Counted from the stretch's first letter, positions 1 through 13,240 are shown. The stretch: DNA of 64,000 nucleotides from Octopus sinensis (GCF_006345805.1 NC_043004.1:3596001-3660000); one strand, 5' to 3'. Numbers and translations are program-made. The notes: generated from the letters alone by a model not told the origin.

Positions 1-249
1 TCTCTCTTCGATAAACTGCTGGCTAGCCACTCTATGCTGTCTTATTGATCAACCTGATTGCTGTGAAATGTTCATGCTAATCACATTGTTCTTTATCTCT
101 CGCTGACATTGTTTCTGCCGATCGCACAATTGCCGCGTTCTGCCTCCTCTTTCATTGGCCTTTCTGCACCTTACATCTCTCTCAACCCAATCTTTCTTCC
201 TGTCCCGCTTTCTTTCTTTCTTTCTTTCTCTCTCTCCTTCTCTCTATGA

Positions 250-290
<41 letters not shown>

Positions 291-367
291 CGTGTGTGTC
301 GAGAGAGAGAAAAATGTACTTATCTATATATATATATATAATATATATATATATATATAAGTACATT

Positions 368-473
<106 letters not shown>

Positions 474-636
474 AACACACGTGTGTGTGTAAGGTGTTAA
501 GTACATCAGGTCATAGAAACGAGAGAATAGATCTGATAGATTTGACAGTCTTCGGTATTGACAGACTACGAAGGGACGTTTCTATCCACCTGCAAATCCT
601 CAAGAATGCCTCCACACATGCGTGTATATGTGGGAG

Positions 637-683
<47 letters not shown>

Positions 684-734
684 AGCGCACGCACACATAC
701 ATGTATATGTGCGTTAATGTTCTACTTGGCCGAG

Positions 735-945
735 TGTTTCGTATTACGAAGCTTAATGGTTAGAGTGATGCACTCGCGAGACCAAGACTGTGGTTTCGAA
801 ACCTGGACCGAGCGTTGTTTGGTGTTCTTGAACAAAACCCTTCATTTCACATTGTTCCAGTCGACTCGGCTGTAAATGAGGGCTAACCCTGCCATGGACA
901 GTCATCCTGTTCAGAAGAACGGGTTGTGAACTTGGTCACTTATAC
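735..945 (+). mobile_element. tRNA-derived SINE, family C (CORE-like central domain), degraded
   Basis: A/B-box-like head (ttaatggttagagtg ... ggtttcgaaacc) followed by tgttcttgaacaaaacccttcatttcacattgttccagtcgactcggctg; related copies elsewhere in the window. Confidence 0.7.
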
Positions 946-965
946 ACCATGTACATACAAGTATA

Positions 966-1258
966 TATTCTTTTATTCTTTTACTTGTTTCTATTATTTG
1001 ACTGCGGCCATGCTGGAGCACCGCCTTTGGTCGAACAAATCGACTCCAGGACTTATTCTTTATTAGCCTTGTACTTATTCTGTCTGTCCCTTTTTTGCCA
1101 AATCGCTTCGTTACGGAGACGTAAGCATAACAACATCAGTTGTTAAGCGATGGCGCGGAGACAAACACACACACTATAGTAGAAGACACTTGGCCAAGGT
1201 GTCACACAGTGGGGCTGAACCCGGAACCTCGTGGTTGGGAAGCAAACTTCTTACTACA
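966..1258 (-). mobile_element. tRNA-derived SINE, family A, internally deleted
   Basis: Reverse complement of the family A tail (gactgcggccatgctggagcaccgcc) joined to part of the head (agaagacacttggccaagg), with the middle missing. Confidence 0.85.
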
Positions 1259-1300
1259 TGTGTTTATATATATACATGTACATATATTTGTGTATGTGTG

Positions 1301-1351
<51 letters not shown>

Positions 1352-1434
1352 AACATATACACACAAACACTGACACACATATATATACGTATATATATAT
1401 ATATATATGAATGTGTGTCTGTGTGTGCGTGTAT

Positions 1435-1475
<41 letters not shown>

Positions 1476-2029
1476 CCTCTTGGTTTAATGGTTTAGTGGT
1501 TTTTCTGACTTCTTAAATAACTGACTCTTGTATGTAATCAAATTTCTTGCCAAAGCAATATAAGTCAAAAATATACAAGCGTACACACACAAGCATTCAC
1601 ACGCACTCATATATATATAAAGCAATGTGCACAAAAAGAGGGCAACACGGGAGGGAAAAGTCTTAAGAGAATGTTGCATTAGTTTAACTTTTGAATGGAC
1701 AGGAAAGTGTCTTGACGTTTCGGACATTCTCCCATTATTTAACTATAGTAATACAAATGTGGAAATGCTTTAGAATTAAACCTAATGTCCCGTACCGTCA
1801 TGATTTAATTATTCTAACGAGTTGCGGCAAATTCAAGAGTATGCTGCTAATGTGTTCGAATGAAAAGAACTGCCGGATCATCAGAGGAAGGAAAATCTGT
1901 GGAGTAGCTTTACTTGTTTCATAAGTCTCTTTCTTTGAGTCACTGTGTAGTCTTGAGGATCATTTAGGGTAAATAGAGAGATAAAAGCATACTTTATATC
2001 GGTTTCAATTTTTGAGGGAGTTGTTAATT

Positions 2030-2350
2030 CGATTAGATTGACCACGCTACTCAACGTCCACCTACTTATCGATCCCGAAAAGATGAAAAGCAAAGTCGAC
2101 CTTGGTGAAATTTGAACTCAGAATGTAAAGACAGACGAAATACCTATTTCTTTACTACCCACAAGGAGCTAAACACAGAGGGGACAAACAAGGACAGACA
2201 AACGGATTAAGTCGATTATATCGACCCCAGTGCGTTACTGGTACTTATTTAATCGATCCCGAAAGGATGAAAGGCAAAGTCGACCTCAGCGGAATTTGAA
2301 CGACAGACGAAATAACGCTGAGCGTTTTACCCGCCGTGCTAAATATTTTG
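2030..2350 (-). mobile_element. SINE family B (composite/dimeric), partial
   Basis: cgatcccgaaaggatgaaaggcaaagtcgacc motif present twice; shares the ctacccacaagg...aaacacagaggggacaaac segment with other copies. Confidence 0.85.
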
Positions 2351-2407
2351 CCGGTATATTTTATATTAAAGCGACTTTCACCTAACACCTAAATGTTGTT
2401 TATTTAT

Positions 2408-2826
2408 AGGCGCAAGTGTAGCTGTGTGGTAAGTAGCTTGCTTACCAACCACATGGTTCCGGGTTCAGTCCCACTGCGTGGCACCTTGGGCAAGTGTCTT
2501 CTACTATAGCCTCGGGCCGACCAAAGCCTTGTGAGTGGATTTGGTAGACGGAAACTGAAAGAAGCCCGTCGTATATATGTATATATATATGTATATGCGT
2601 GTGTGTGTTTGTGTGTCTGTGTTTGTCCCCCTAGCATTGCTTGACAACCGATGCTGGTGTGTTTATGTCCCCGTTACTTAGCGGTTCGGCAAAAGAGACC
2701 GATAGAATAAGTACTGGACTTACAAAAGAATAAGTCCCGGGGGTCGAGTTGCTCGATTAAAGGCGGTGCTCCAGCATGGCCGCAGACAAATGACTGAAAC
2801 AAGTAAAAGAGTAAAAGAGTAAAGAG
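2408..2826 (+). mobile_element. tRNA-derived SINE, family A, full length with internal (TA)n/(TG)n
   Basis: Head ggcgca...gctgtgtggtaag (A-box-like) and ggttccgggttcagtccc (B-box-like), body, internal microsatellite, and (gagtaaaa)n tail. Confidence 0.9.
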
Positions 2827-2986
2827 TATCCGCCATTACTTACGGCGAGCCGGCTTTTCTAAGTTTGTATTCTAGGCATTATATTCTAGCGAGCTTCCAT
2901 ATTTGCAAACGTAGCAGAACAAAGCAACCTTCGAGATTCCACCAGCATTTTTAGGCGTTGGTATTGTTAATGCTATTGGTATTGTT

Positions 2987-3224
2987 AAGGCGGCGAGCTG
3001 GCAGGAACGTTAGCACGCCGGGCGAAATGCTTAGCGGTATTTCGTCTGCGTTACGTGGTGAGTTCAAATTCCGCCGAGATCGACTTTGTCTTTCATCCTT
3101 TCGGGGTCGATAAATTAAGTACCAGTTACGCACTGGGGTCGATGTAATCGACTTAATACTTATGTCTGTCCTTGTTTGTCTCCTCTGTGTTTAGCCCCTT
3201 GTGGGTAATAAAGAAATAGGTATT
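2987..3224 (+). mobile_element. tRNA-derived SINE, family B
   Basis: aggcggcgagctggcag head, gagttcaaattcc B-box, and central ctttcatcctttcggggtcgataaattaagtacc domain (resembles the Meta/Sauria-SINE-type central motif; that assignment is inference). Confidence 0.9.
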
Positions 3225-3309
3225 GTTGATGCTACTGCTGTTTTGTTGTTTCTGTACAAGAGTACGGTGCTGTTTATTTCTATCACTACTGTAGGTAGCA
3301 GCAGCGGCG

Positions 3310-3343
<34 letters not shown>

Positions 3344-3576
3344 TAGTAGGTGTTGCTGTTGCCGTTGTTCTTAATTCATACTTAATACTGTAATGCTTTT
3401 ATTAATTTTTTTTTTTTGGTATTAATATTATTTTCTTTTGGAAAGTAGACGCATAGAGATTTAATAAATTGAATAAGTTGTTTTTATAAGTGTCTCAAAA
3501 GTAAGCTTATATCCGTCTCTGTCACCCAGCAGAAATGGTGTTTCGCTCAGGAGCAACCTACATATAACAGTCTCAC

Positions 3577-3692
3577 TCCACAGTGTCTCGTTCATCAAGC
3601 CTAAAGACGACAGCTCTGTGAGCAGAAAGAACCGGAATTAGATTTTCGTATGACACCTTCACTAATGGATCGTCCGACGCAGATGGGATCAT
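3577..3692 (-). other. Candidate spliced exon of an unidentified transcript (116 nt)
   Basis: Preceded by a poly-T tract and CAG, followed by GTGAGA; one open frame (MIPSASDDPLVKVSYENLIPVLSAHRAVVFRLDERDTV); no recognisable homology. Confidence 0.25.
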
Positions 3693-4130
3693 CTGGTCGG
3701 TCGAAAAAAAAAAATTAATAAATAGAATAAAAATAATTATATTCGACACATTCTTCGAAATATGTTTATTGACATCGCTTGAGATTATTAATCGTTTATG
3801 ATGAAGTGAAAACGCAGTCGGCTTGCATTCAAAATATACAGCCAAGTTGATGTCGGAAAGCTTCAACTACGAAACATTTCTTTTGTTTTCTTCACTCATA
3901 CATTTTTATTATTTTCATTTCGTATTGTTGCGTTTTATATTTGTATATTGTATATTCATATATATATACACGTGTACGTGTGAATATACATACATACATG
4001 TGTGTATGCGTGTGTCTAAAGATTATATATATACACACACATATGTACAATACTACAATACACTATATATATATATATATTATATATATTATATATATAC
4101 ATACACGTATGCTTACATATATGCGTGTAA

Positions 4131-4185
<55 letters not shown>

Positions 4186-4284
4186 GAGATATATATATAT
4201 ATATATATAATATACACACACTCATAAATATCGAAATATATGTGTGGGTGTGTAGCAATGTCTGTGTGTATACATTTTTTCACT

Positions 4285-4500
4285 CTTTACTTGCTTCACT
4301 TATTGAACTGCTGCCATGCTGGAGCAACGCTTTCAAGCATTTAATGGAACAAGTCGATCCCCAGTACCTATTTCTAAGTCTGATATTTACTGTCCAGGTC
4401 TCTTTTACTAAGTTGCTAAATTACGAGAACGTAAACAAGTCAACACCGGTTGATAAGCAGTGTGGTGGCACAAACAACACCACACACTCGCACATACTCA
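4285..4500 (-). mobile_element. SINE family A, 3' half, degraded
   Basis: ctgctgccatgctggagcaacgc ... aacaagtcgatcccc ... caacaccggttgataagc match the family A tail. Confidence 0.7.
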
Positions 4501-4519
4501 CACGCATATATGTAAGCAT

Positions 4520-4920
4520 ACATGTATAGTATGTATATATATATAATATATAGATATATAATTATATATGGATATATAGAGATTATATAGATATATAATA
4601 AGATAAGAGGATAAGTATATATATAATATATATATAGTTATAGATATTATATATATCATTATATAGATATTATATAATTATATATAATTATATATATATA
4701 TATATAATTATATATATATATATATATTATATATATAATTAATATATATATATTATATTATAAATTATATATATATATATTTCTATATATATAATTATAT
4801 ATATATATATAATTATATATAATATATATATATATATATATAATATATATATATCTATATATATAGGTATTGTAGTATTGTACATAGTGTGTGGATGTGT
4901 TTCTTTGTCCTCTTATTTGG

Positions 4921-4961
<41 letters not shown>

Positions 4962-4975
4962 GGGCCCTATATATA
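4520..4975. repeat. Degenerate (TA)n low-complexity tract
   Basis: Almost exclusively A/T with TA periodicity. Confidence 0.9.
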
Positions 4976-6107
4976 TAAATACAAATGACTTGATAATTGA
5001 TCAATAATATTTCTTAAAATCTATATAACAAATATACTACGTCCCGTATCGAGATTAGACAGTAGATTCCGATAAGCTGACATAGGCTATACAACTCCAG
5101 TTCGAACGCAAGAAATGATACTTTTTATGCGAGAAATAAGGCTGTAAAAAAGAAAAACAGAATAGAAGAAGTAGTCGAATACAACAGCTGTTTCAAAAGA
5201 GGTACTGGGTGTCTATTACGTAACATTATGAATGTCTCATAACTATCCGAATTCATTTGAAAATTATTTATCGTAATGAATAATGCAAAAAGCAAAAACG
5301 GGTTGGAGAAAGATGTACATTTTAAAAATCCAAATGGGAGAGTGGAATGTAGAATTGGTGAAGAGCCAATGACGAGCCATACTCACCGGTCCGATTACTT
5401 TAGCGAGATATTGGTGTGGTTTCGCTTCAGTAACCGCATACTCAAATTTACAGTGCGAAACAAACGTCTCAGATCTGATTAACTTTCATCTTGCCTCAAC
5501 GAGAGGAAACCGTTGCACACACACATATTATGTATGTGTATTTAAAGTAATTCTTTTTAGAAGTGTATCGAAAACGGGTGTGTATCCTGGCTTTATCTTT
5601 CGTATTTAGTTCTTTCTTCATATATTTCTTTATGAGTTCCTTGTTTGTTTCAAATCCTAATGTTTCCAAACCCATCATTAACGTTTCTAAACACTTCACA
5701 GCCTCATCTTCTAAACGATGTGATGTTGACGTGTATTGCTATGGTTTCCATAGTGTCAGTGTGATTATTGTAATCATTAAAATCAGAATTTTAATTGTTA
5801 ACCGCTCGATTTATGTGTCATCGGTTGAATGATTCTGCTTCACTTTGTTTTGCTTTGTTTTGTCTTTTGCTTTTTTATTTGTTTTTGTGGTTTATGATGT
5901 AACCCCGCAAGCGAGCTTCTGATGATCAAAGAGATTTACAAATTTGATTACCGGTATGAACGCCGTAAACTTCACGACACTCTCCTGCCTGCTCATCGTT
6001 CAATAAAGAGTAGCTTCACTCAGCATACAGCACAATACAAAATTAGAAAAACAGTAAATAATACCCTATACTCTAACGAGATCTCGCAAAAATAGAAAAA
6101 CATTGTC

Positions 6108-6230
6108 GCAGCGTTACTCAAGAAACAGGAAGAGAGAGTGAAAGAAAGTTGTGGCGAAAGAGCCTCGGTCTGGGAATCGAAACCGCGAGTCCGCTTCCCC
6201 AGCCACTGAGCCATTGCGTCTCCACAACGA
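6108..6230 (-). mobile_element. SINE family C fragment
   Basis: ggtctgggaatcgaaaccgcgagtccgc...ccactgagccatt matches the head of the 35728-36083 copy. Confidence 0.75.
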
Positions 6231-6364
6231 TGGGAATAGCTAAGTGGATATCCAAATAATGTATATTATGGTATCATCAAACAAAAAAGTATAGATGCAA
6301 TTTATTTTATTTTACCAAATGAGAAATATGATATTCACGATATTAATTACAAGGGGACATTTTG

Positions 6365-7330
6365 GACCCTATAGTTATCAAATATATCAATTACAAACTT
6401 TTAAGTCCACGAACAAGAGGTAATTCGAGTAAGATCTCTGTGTAAGATAGGCTGCCTTAGCTGGTACTACTCTCATTACACTCATAATACAAACTGACGC
6501 ATTGAAAAGTGTTTTAGCCTCTACAACTGTGACAGGTAGACAGAAGAAAGAAATCCAAAATGCAGTGATAACATTGGGGGAATATTATTCGAAAAGGTAG
6601 CTACATAAGTTTGTTTAATAATTCAACAAGCGGTAGAATTAGGATTGGAAAAATATATGACTCCTATATTAATTGTAAACGAAATATTTCCACTTTCCTA
6701 TCAGTTGCCGTATCAATACGTTATATATTTTATACAATTGATTAACACGGAGTTCAATCTCATCATTTTCTATTTCAAGATATTCCCAGATGATAGCAAA
6801 TAAATTATTGAAATAAGATGCAGCATCGAAACATTTTGAAATATTCGAAATGATCGAGTTAAATATGGCGTAAAATACTTCTGCCATACGTTTATCCTCG
6901 CTGGAAGAAGTTTACAAGTCTATGCAGCGCTTTTCACATCTTCACTAAAGAACTTTTTTTTTTCATCTTCTGTTTGTAGTTGAAGAATTCTTTTGGGTTT
7001 TCAATATTTTCAGCCACAACTTTAGCTCCACTAATAAAACTGTCCTAATTTTTACATAAACTTCAACTAATTAGGATTTCAAATTATTCACTTCCACGTC
7101 AGTTGTACCATTCCTGGCTTGAAGAACAATACTATGATAATGTATTTCTGCTAAAATGTTAATCCAAGCTGATACGCTCAAAGAAATCAAATAAGTTTGG
7201 ATGACTTTTACTTTTGAAATTCTTTCTGGAGTTAGATTTCCAATAAACCAGGACATACTTGTTTCTGTGAACCAAAAACTATGAGCTGCCGGCAACTCAG
7301 ATCCTACGAACTGTCGAATAGCAGTTATAT
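6365..7330 (-). pseudogene. hAT transposase pseudogene (Tip100/ZMYM1-like), C-terminal half
   Basis: Frameshifted minus-strand peptides AWINILAEIHYHSIVLQARNGTTDVEVNNLKS, GAKVVAENIENPKEF, AEVFYAIFNSIISNISKCFDAA and PNVITAFWI...LPVTVVEAKTLF (hATC dimerisation motif). Confidence 0.75.
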
Positions 7331-7550
7331 CGTGCAGTGAAGCTTTCGATTATTACTATCGAATTTACCATTCTTAATTAGTTCTATTAATAAATAAGTG
7401 GTGTCTATATATTGCTGAGATTCTGAACTAGAAGGAAAGTGGTTACATCGTTATTTCACTGCAAAATTCCGCTATAATATCGCCACAAAATTCGAGACAT
7501 ATGATAAGTATAAGGAAAAGATGGAGGGTTGATATATTACTTTCGTTATC

Positions 7551-7917
7551 AGGTGCAGGAGTGGCTGTGTGGTAAGTAGCTTGCTTACCAACCACATGGT
7601 TCCGAGTTCAGTCCCACTGCGTGGCACCTTGGCCAAGTGTCTTCTACTGTAGTCACGGGCCGACTAAAGCCGTGTGAGTGGATTTGGTAGATGGAAACTA
7701 GAAGCCCGTCGTATGTATGTATGTACGCATATGTTTGTGTGTCTGTGTCACCCCAACATCGCTTGACAAACGATAATGGTGTGTTTACGTCCCCGTAACT
7801 TAGTGGTTCGGCATAAGAGACCGATAAAATAAGCTGTGGGTCGATTTGCTCAACTAAAGACGGTGCTCCAGCATGGCCGCAGTCAGATGACTGAAACAAG
7901 TAAAAGAATAAAAGAAT
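7551..7917 (+). mobile_element. SINE family A, full length
   Basis: High similarity to 2408-2826; internal (TATG)n. Confidence 0.9.
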
Positions 7918-8142
7918 AGCGTTAACCACGACAGGCGAAGAAAAGAACGTCGGAGTTTTTTAGCATCACCTTTCTTTCTCACTAGAGTTATTTAAAAGTT
8001 TGCAAATGCAACGAGAAATTGAAGAAAAATAGAAAAGAAATAAGGGGAAATTTTACTGCTGAGTGTGTTAAATTATAAGGCACTAAAAGATAATCACTCT
8101 CCCCAGACACAACGGTATGTATATATGTGTGTGTGTGTGTGT

Positions 8143-8182
<40 letters not shown>

Positions 8183-8254
8183 ATGTATGTGTGTGTATAT
8201 ATGTGCATATATGTATATACGTATCTTTAAATCTTTAAAAATGTTTTAGCCCGA

Positions 8255-8552
8255 TGGCTGCGGCCATGCTGGGGCATATATGTCTATATATGTATATATA
8301 TATATGCATGTATAATATATATATATATATACGCATGTATATATGCATATATATATGTATATATATGTATGTATATATGTATGTATTATATAATGTATGT
8401 ATATATATGTATGTATGTATATGTATATATGTATATATATGTATGTATGTATATATGTATATATATGTATATATGTATATATATGTATATATGTATATAT
8501 GTATATATATGTATGTATGTAATATATGTATGTACGTATATATATATGTACG

Positions 8553-8583
<31 letters not shown>

Positions 8584-8603
8584 GTATGTATGTATGTATT
8601 ATG

Positions 8604-8635
<32 letters not shown>

Positions 8636-8858
8636 ATATATGTATGTATTATATATGTATGTATATATGTTATGTATGTATATGTATGTATGTATATATG
8701 TATAGTATATGTATGTATATATGTATATATAACGTATATATGTATGTGTATATAGGTATGTATATATACGTATGTAATATATATGTATGTATGTATGTAT
8801 AAATGTGTATATATCTATGTATATATATGTATGCTGTATATATATGTATAAGTGTATG

Positions 8859-8905
<47 letters not shown>
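8255..8905. repeat. Compound (TA)n/(TATG)n low-complexity tract
   Basis: Direct inspection. Confidence 0.9.
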
Positions 8906-8906
<1 letters not shown>

Positions 8907-9281
8907 CCCCCCCCAATGTATAGAAACTCAAGATAGAATGTCAGCTAGAAACTTCTCCACTCTCACACATGGTACAGCTAAAATATCATGTCACCAATTA
9001 CAGAATCTGTTGTAGACGTATTTCCTAAATCAGTGCTATACATTTTTCAGAAGTAATAAACTCATCGAAGTATTCTGAAGGAACTTACAAGATTTTATCA
9101 TCGAGGCAAGGAAGGGGTCTTTGGCCAACTCTGTTCTACAGAAATGGGTCGGGTAATTTTCATTTCCATAGTAAAACATTAGACCCATAGTAATTTTTGG
9201 TTGAATATGGACGGTTGTTTTCACTGATTTGCATAATATCTTCATGCGATTCTAATTAGGAACGTGCAATTAACTATAATG

Positions 9282-9353
<72 letters not shown>

Positions 9354-9356
9354 TAT

Positions 9357-9975
9357 TAAGTAGGCAGTGAGCTGGCTGAACCGTTAGCTTGCCGGGTAAA
9401 ATGCTTGTCGGCATTTTCTCCATCTCTACGTTCTGAGATCAAATTCTGCTGGGGTCGACGCAAGCGAATAGTCCCCATCCAAATTTCAGGTCTTGTGTGT
9501 CTAGCAGAAAGAATTATTGTTATTATTATGAAGGCGTTGAGCTGGCCGAATCGCTACCACGCTGGATGGAATGCTTAGCGGCATTTCGTCTGTATTCACG
9601 TTCTGAGTTCAAATTCCTCCGGGTTTGACTTTACTTTTCTTCCTTTCGGGGTCGATTAAATAAGTACCAGTTACGCACTGGGGACTATGTAATCGACTTA
9701 ACTCCTCCCCCAAAATTTCAGGCCCTGTGCCTATAGTAGAACGGATTATTATTATCATCATCATTAAGGCAGCGGAGTGGCAGTCATTAGCGCGCAGGGC
9801 AAAAGGCTTAGCGGTATCTCATCCTTCCTTACGTTCTGAGTTCAAACTCCGCCGATATCGACTTTGCCTTTCATCCTCTAGGGGATGAAGTAAGTACCAT
9901 TTGATCAGTGGGGTCAATGTAACCAACTTACACCCTCCCCGAAATTGCTGGCTTGTGCCAAATTTGAAAGAAATT
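9357..9975 (+). mobile_element. Three head-to-tail family B SINE copies separated by (TTA)n
   Basis: Heads at about 9357, 9530 and 9766, each with a gagttcaaat-like B-box; each ends in aaatttc...ttgtg followed by ATT repeats. Confidence 0.8.
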
Positions 9976-10451
9976 TTATTTTAAGCTTTAATTCATTCAT
10001 AATATTGTTATATTTCGGAATGGTCATTTTGCCAGTTTAGCCAATAAAAACACACGCACTATATATTTTATGTTACTTTACTTCAGTGTTATTTATTTTT
10101 TACATTAATCTTAATCTTATTTCGGCCAGAGTTCTTTCGTCACACTCCTGTGACCGCATCAGTGGTCCTTTGTTTTCTTCTTACTTATTTGTGTCTCTCC
10201 TTACTAACCGTCAGCCATTTTGTATTTCATTCATAATAATACAGCAACAACTCAGTGATTCTGTTTCATCCAGAAGATGAGACTATGAAGATCTGGAAAC
10301 CTTAGTAATGTTGTCTGGAACTTTTCTGTTACAGACTTGCTACGAGGACTGGCTACGAGGACTTGCTCATGTGAAAATGGGAAAACAAACGAGAACTTTG
10401 ATAAAAATGTCAGTAGGGGACCGTTGAGATTCCTTATACACGATAAAATAT

Positions 10452-10547
<96 letters not shown>
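10452..10547. repeat. (GATA)n microsatellite
   Basis: About 24 perfect units. Confidence 0.95.
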
Positions 10548-10548
<1 letters not shown>

Positions 10549-11672
10549 CGTTATTATATATATTTTTATAGATAGAAAGATAGATAGCTGCATAACCAGA
10601 AATAGAAACAAACAACCACACAGACAAATAATAGATCTATTGACAGACAATAGATAGATAGATCAGACATTCTATCCGACATCGCCAGTTGTAGATAAGA
10701 TAAGCTTACGATTCGTCGACTGTAATGTCGAAGGTTCTTAAATCTTAATTCTAAATTGAAAACGAGAAGGAAAATTTCGTTATCAACAGATTTTCTATAA
10801 AATCAGTAAAATATAATTTTCATTCGGGTTTATTTGATCTTTGAATATCCTGAGTCACATAGGATAGGTTTTCTGACAAATATACACGAGAAGATGGTCA
10901 TATAACCAACGTATTGATGTACTCATTAACACTGCCTAGGATCACCCTGGCAAAACAATTTCTACAGTAGAAATAAAAATAGACTGACATACCATCGTGG
11001 TTCCTAAAATAGAATGTTGACACATTAAGGAAAACATATACAACACCACTGACTCTGGTGTGGTGGTGGGGGAACGGAATATCCTGCTTAATCCCCTTCA
11101 AACTTACCCCGCCTATATACTGTCAACAAATTCTTTCAAACAGTAGTTCAGTAAAACATCGTTCACATTAAATTATAGATTTAGTAGTGTAGTATTTAGC
11201 ATTTAGATTGGCAATTGTTGTAGAGTGATCACTTCTGAAATGTTCCTACTTCATTTAACAAATATAGACAGAGACGCGTGTGTGCCTGTGTTCATTTTTA
11301 TTGATGGAAGCACTATTATTTTCGAATAGCGTACTGTATATTTTATTTAAGGTGACTATCTTTTAGAAAGCATCTCGTACAGAGATATAATGCTAAAAAA
11401 AACACAAATGTTTATCCGTAGCAGACGAAAAGTATCCAGCGATTGCGATAGAATTACTATATGTGGATTTCTTCGTGGTTGCGCGTCATCAGTACCAGAC
11501 GAAAATCTCGTATAGACTATGAATAATATAAGTTGTGTGGTTTTCTACAGTACATGCCCGTTAAGTGAGATATGCAGAATGATGTGTGTGTGTGTGTGTG
11601 CGTGCGTGTGTGTGTGTGTGTGTGTGTGTGCGTGCGTACGTGCGTATATATGCATGTACTTATGCAGAATAT

Positions 11673-12087
11673 ATTCTTTTGCTTGTTTCAGTCATATGAC
11701 TGCAGCCATGCTGGAGCACCGCCGTGATGGTTTATAGTCGAACAAATCGACACCAGGACTTATCTTTTTAAGCCTTGTACTTGTTCGATCGATCTCTTTT
11801 GCCGAACCGCTACTTTACGGGAACGAAAGCACACCAACACCAGTTGTCAAGCTGTGGTAGGGGAACAAACTCCGCCATAAAGACACACACACACACACAT
11901 ATGTGTATGTATATATATATTATTATATATATATATATATATATACATATATATATAGATATATATATATACGACGAGCTTCTTTCAGTTTACGTCTACC
12001 AAATCCACACAAGGTGCCAACTTGTAGGATTGAACCCGGAACCATGTAGTTGGGAATCATTTTCTAAACAACACAGCCATGCCTGCG
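11673..12087 (-). mobile_element. SINE family A
   Basis: Reverse complement of family A with internal CA/TA microsatellite. Confidence 0.85.
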
Positions 12088-12149
12088 TATATATAATATA
12101 TATTATATATATATATATATATAATATTATTATTATTATTATTATTATT

Positions 12150-12795
12150 TTATTTACTTTTAATCTGCCTGTTTGTTACACTCACTTACCGAGATACACA
12201 CATTGTCCTAGGGCGAGTGAAGGATAAGAGATGTTACAGTATGACTGAAAGTTTGAGGAGGGCAAGTGGCAGGGGCAGTAGCGAAATATCTTCATCGAAT
12301 ACAACACAGACATTTAAACTGATAGAGTTTTTCTAAGTAGCAAGTACTTGTCAGCACAATCTCTGAGACGTGGTTCTCCTGGGATGTTATCTAGATGTTT
12401 CTGATATCCTTTTTTCTATCATACCTAGGGCACCTACAATAACAGGAACAGTTCTCATTTTAAGATGCCACATCTTTTGTATTTCAATTTCCAGGTCCTT
12501 ATATTCACTTAATTTGTCAAATTCCTTTACAGATATATTTTTATCAGTGGGAACACTTACATCTATTAGTCTACAAGTATTTTCTTCTCTGTCTTTAATG
12601 ACTATGTCTGGCTCGTTCTATCAGTGTTGACTGGAAAATCTCAGAGGATAGTAACATTTTTACCTTGAACAACTGGCTCAGGATGATGTTCATACCAGTA
12701 AGCAGGAGTGCTGATTTTGTAGTGTTTACATATTTTCCCATGTAAATACTGTCCTACCCTATCTTGGCGATTTTTGTATTCGTTTGGTGTCAACA
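12150..12795 (-). mobile_element. R4/Dong-like non-LTR retrotransposon 3' fragment (restriction-like endonuclease)
   Basis: Peptides EYKNRQDRVGQYLHGKIC and PDIVIKDREENTCRLIDVSVPTDKNISVKEFDKLSEYKDLEIEIQKMW (RHD-like and PD..D motifs); 3' UTR ends in (AAT)n. Confidence 0.85.
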
Positions 12796-12859
12796 AAGGA
12801 CATCCCGGGACGTGATGGTCTATTGTTTCATCATCATCATCACATTATTATTATTATTA

Positions 12860-12898
<39 letters not shown>

Positions 12899-12911
12899 CA
12901 TTATTATTATT

Positions 12912-13240
12912 GCTGATGTTGTTAATATTCCTTCGTAACACGGTGTATGTAAAAATGCACCAGAGTCTTTAGTCCATCTGTCAAATCACAACAAGGACCT
13001 CAAACAGATAATACTTTCCTTAAGACGTACGCTGTGCCTAGTAAGGCTGCTTTTTGCAAGACATCAATCTTGCATGGGATTTCCAGTTGCCTTAAGGAGT
13101 CTTGAAATTTCAATGGGATCGAGCCCAACGCTCCGATCACCACTGGTATCACTTTTATATTGCCCTCTCGCATTCCATACAATCTTGCCATTTCCACTTT
13201 CAATTCGCAAAATGTTGTGTAAGTCATGTCATCCTATGAT
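12912..13240 (-). mobile_element. Second R4/Dong-like 3' fragment, different family
   Basis: ORF 13000-13227 ELKVEMARLY...IKVIPVVIGALGSIP...LQKAALLGTAYVLRKVL; tail runs into (TAA)n. Confidence 0.8.

Noticed and set aside
1711-1740. GGA...UCC-GAAAC-GUC half-hammerhead on the minus strand (similar weak cases at 50695-50720 and 54700-54720)
   Set aside because: The CUGANGA half cannot be recognised, so these are too decayed to call.
2408-2480. tRNA-like sequences with A/B boxes at many positions
   Set aside because: They are SINE heads continuing into SINE bodies; no complete cloverleaf is present.
5496-5730. Protein-like minus-strand frame QYTSTSHRLEDEAVKCLETLMMGLETLGFETNKELIKKYMKKEL
   Set aside because: It is bounded by stops, has weak splice sites and shows no recognisable homology; it cannot be supported without a search.
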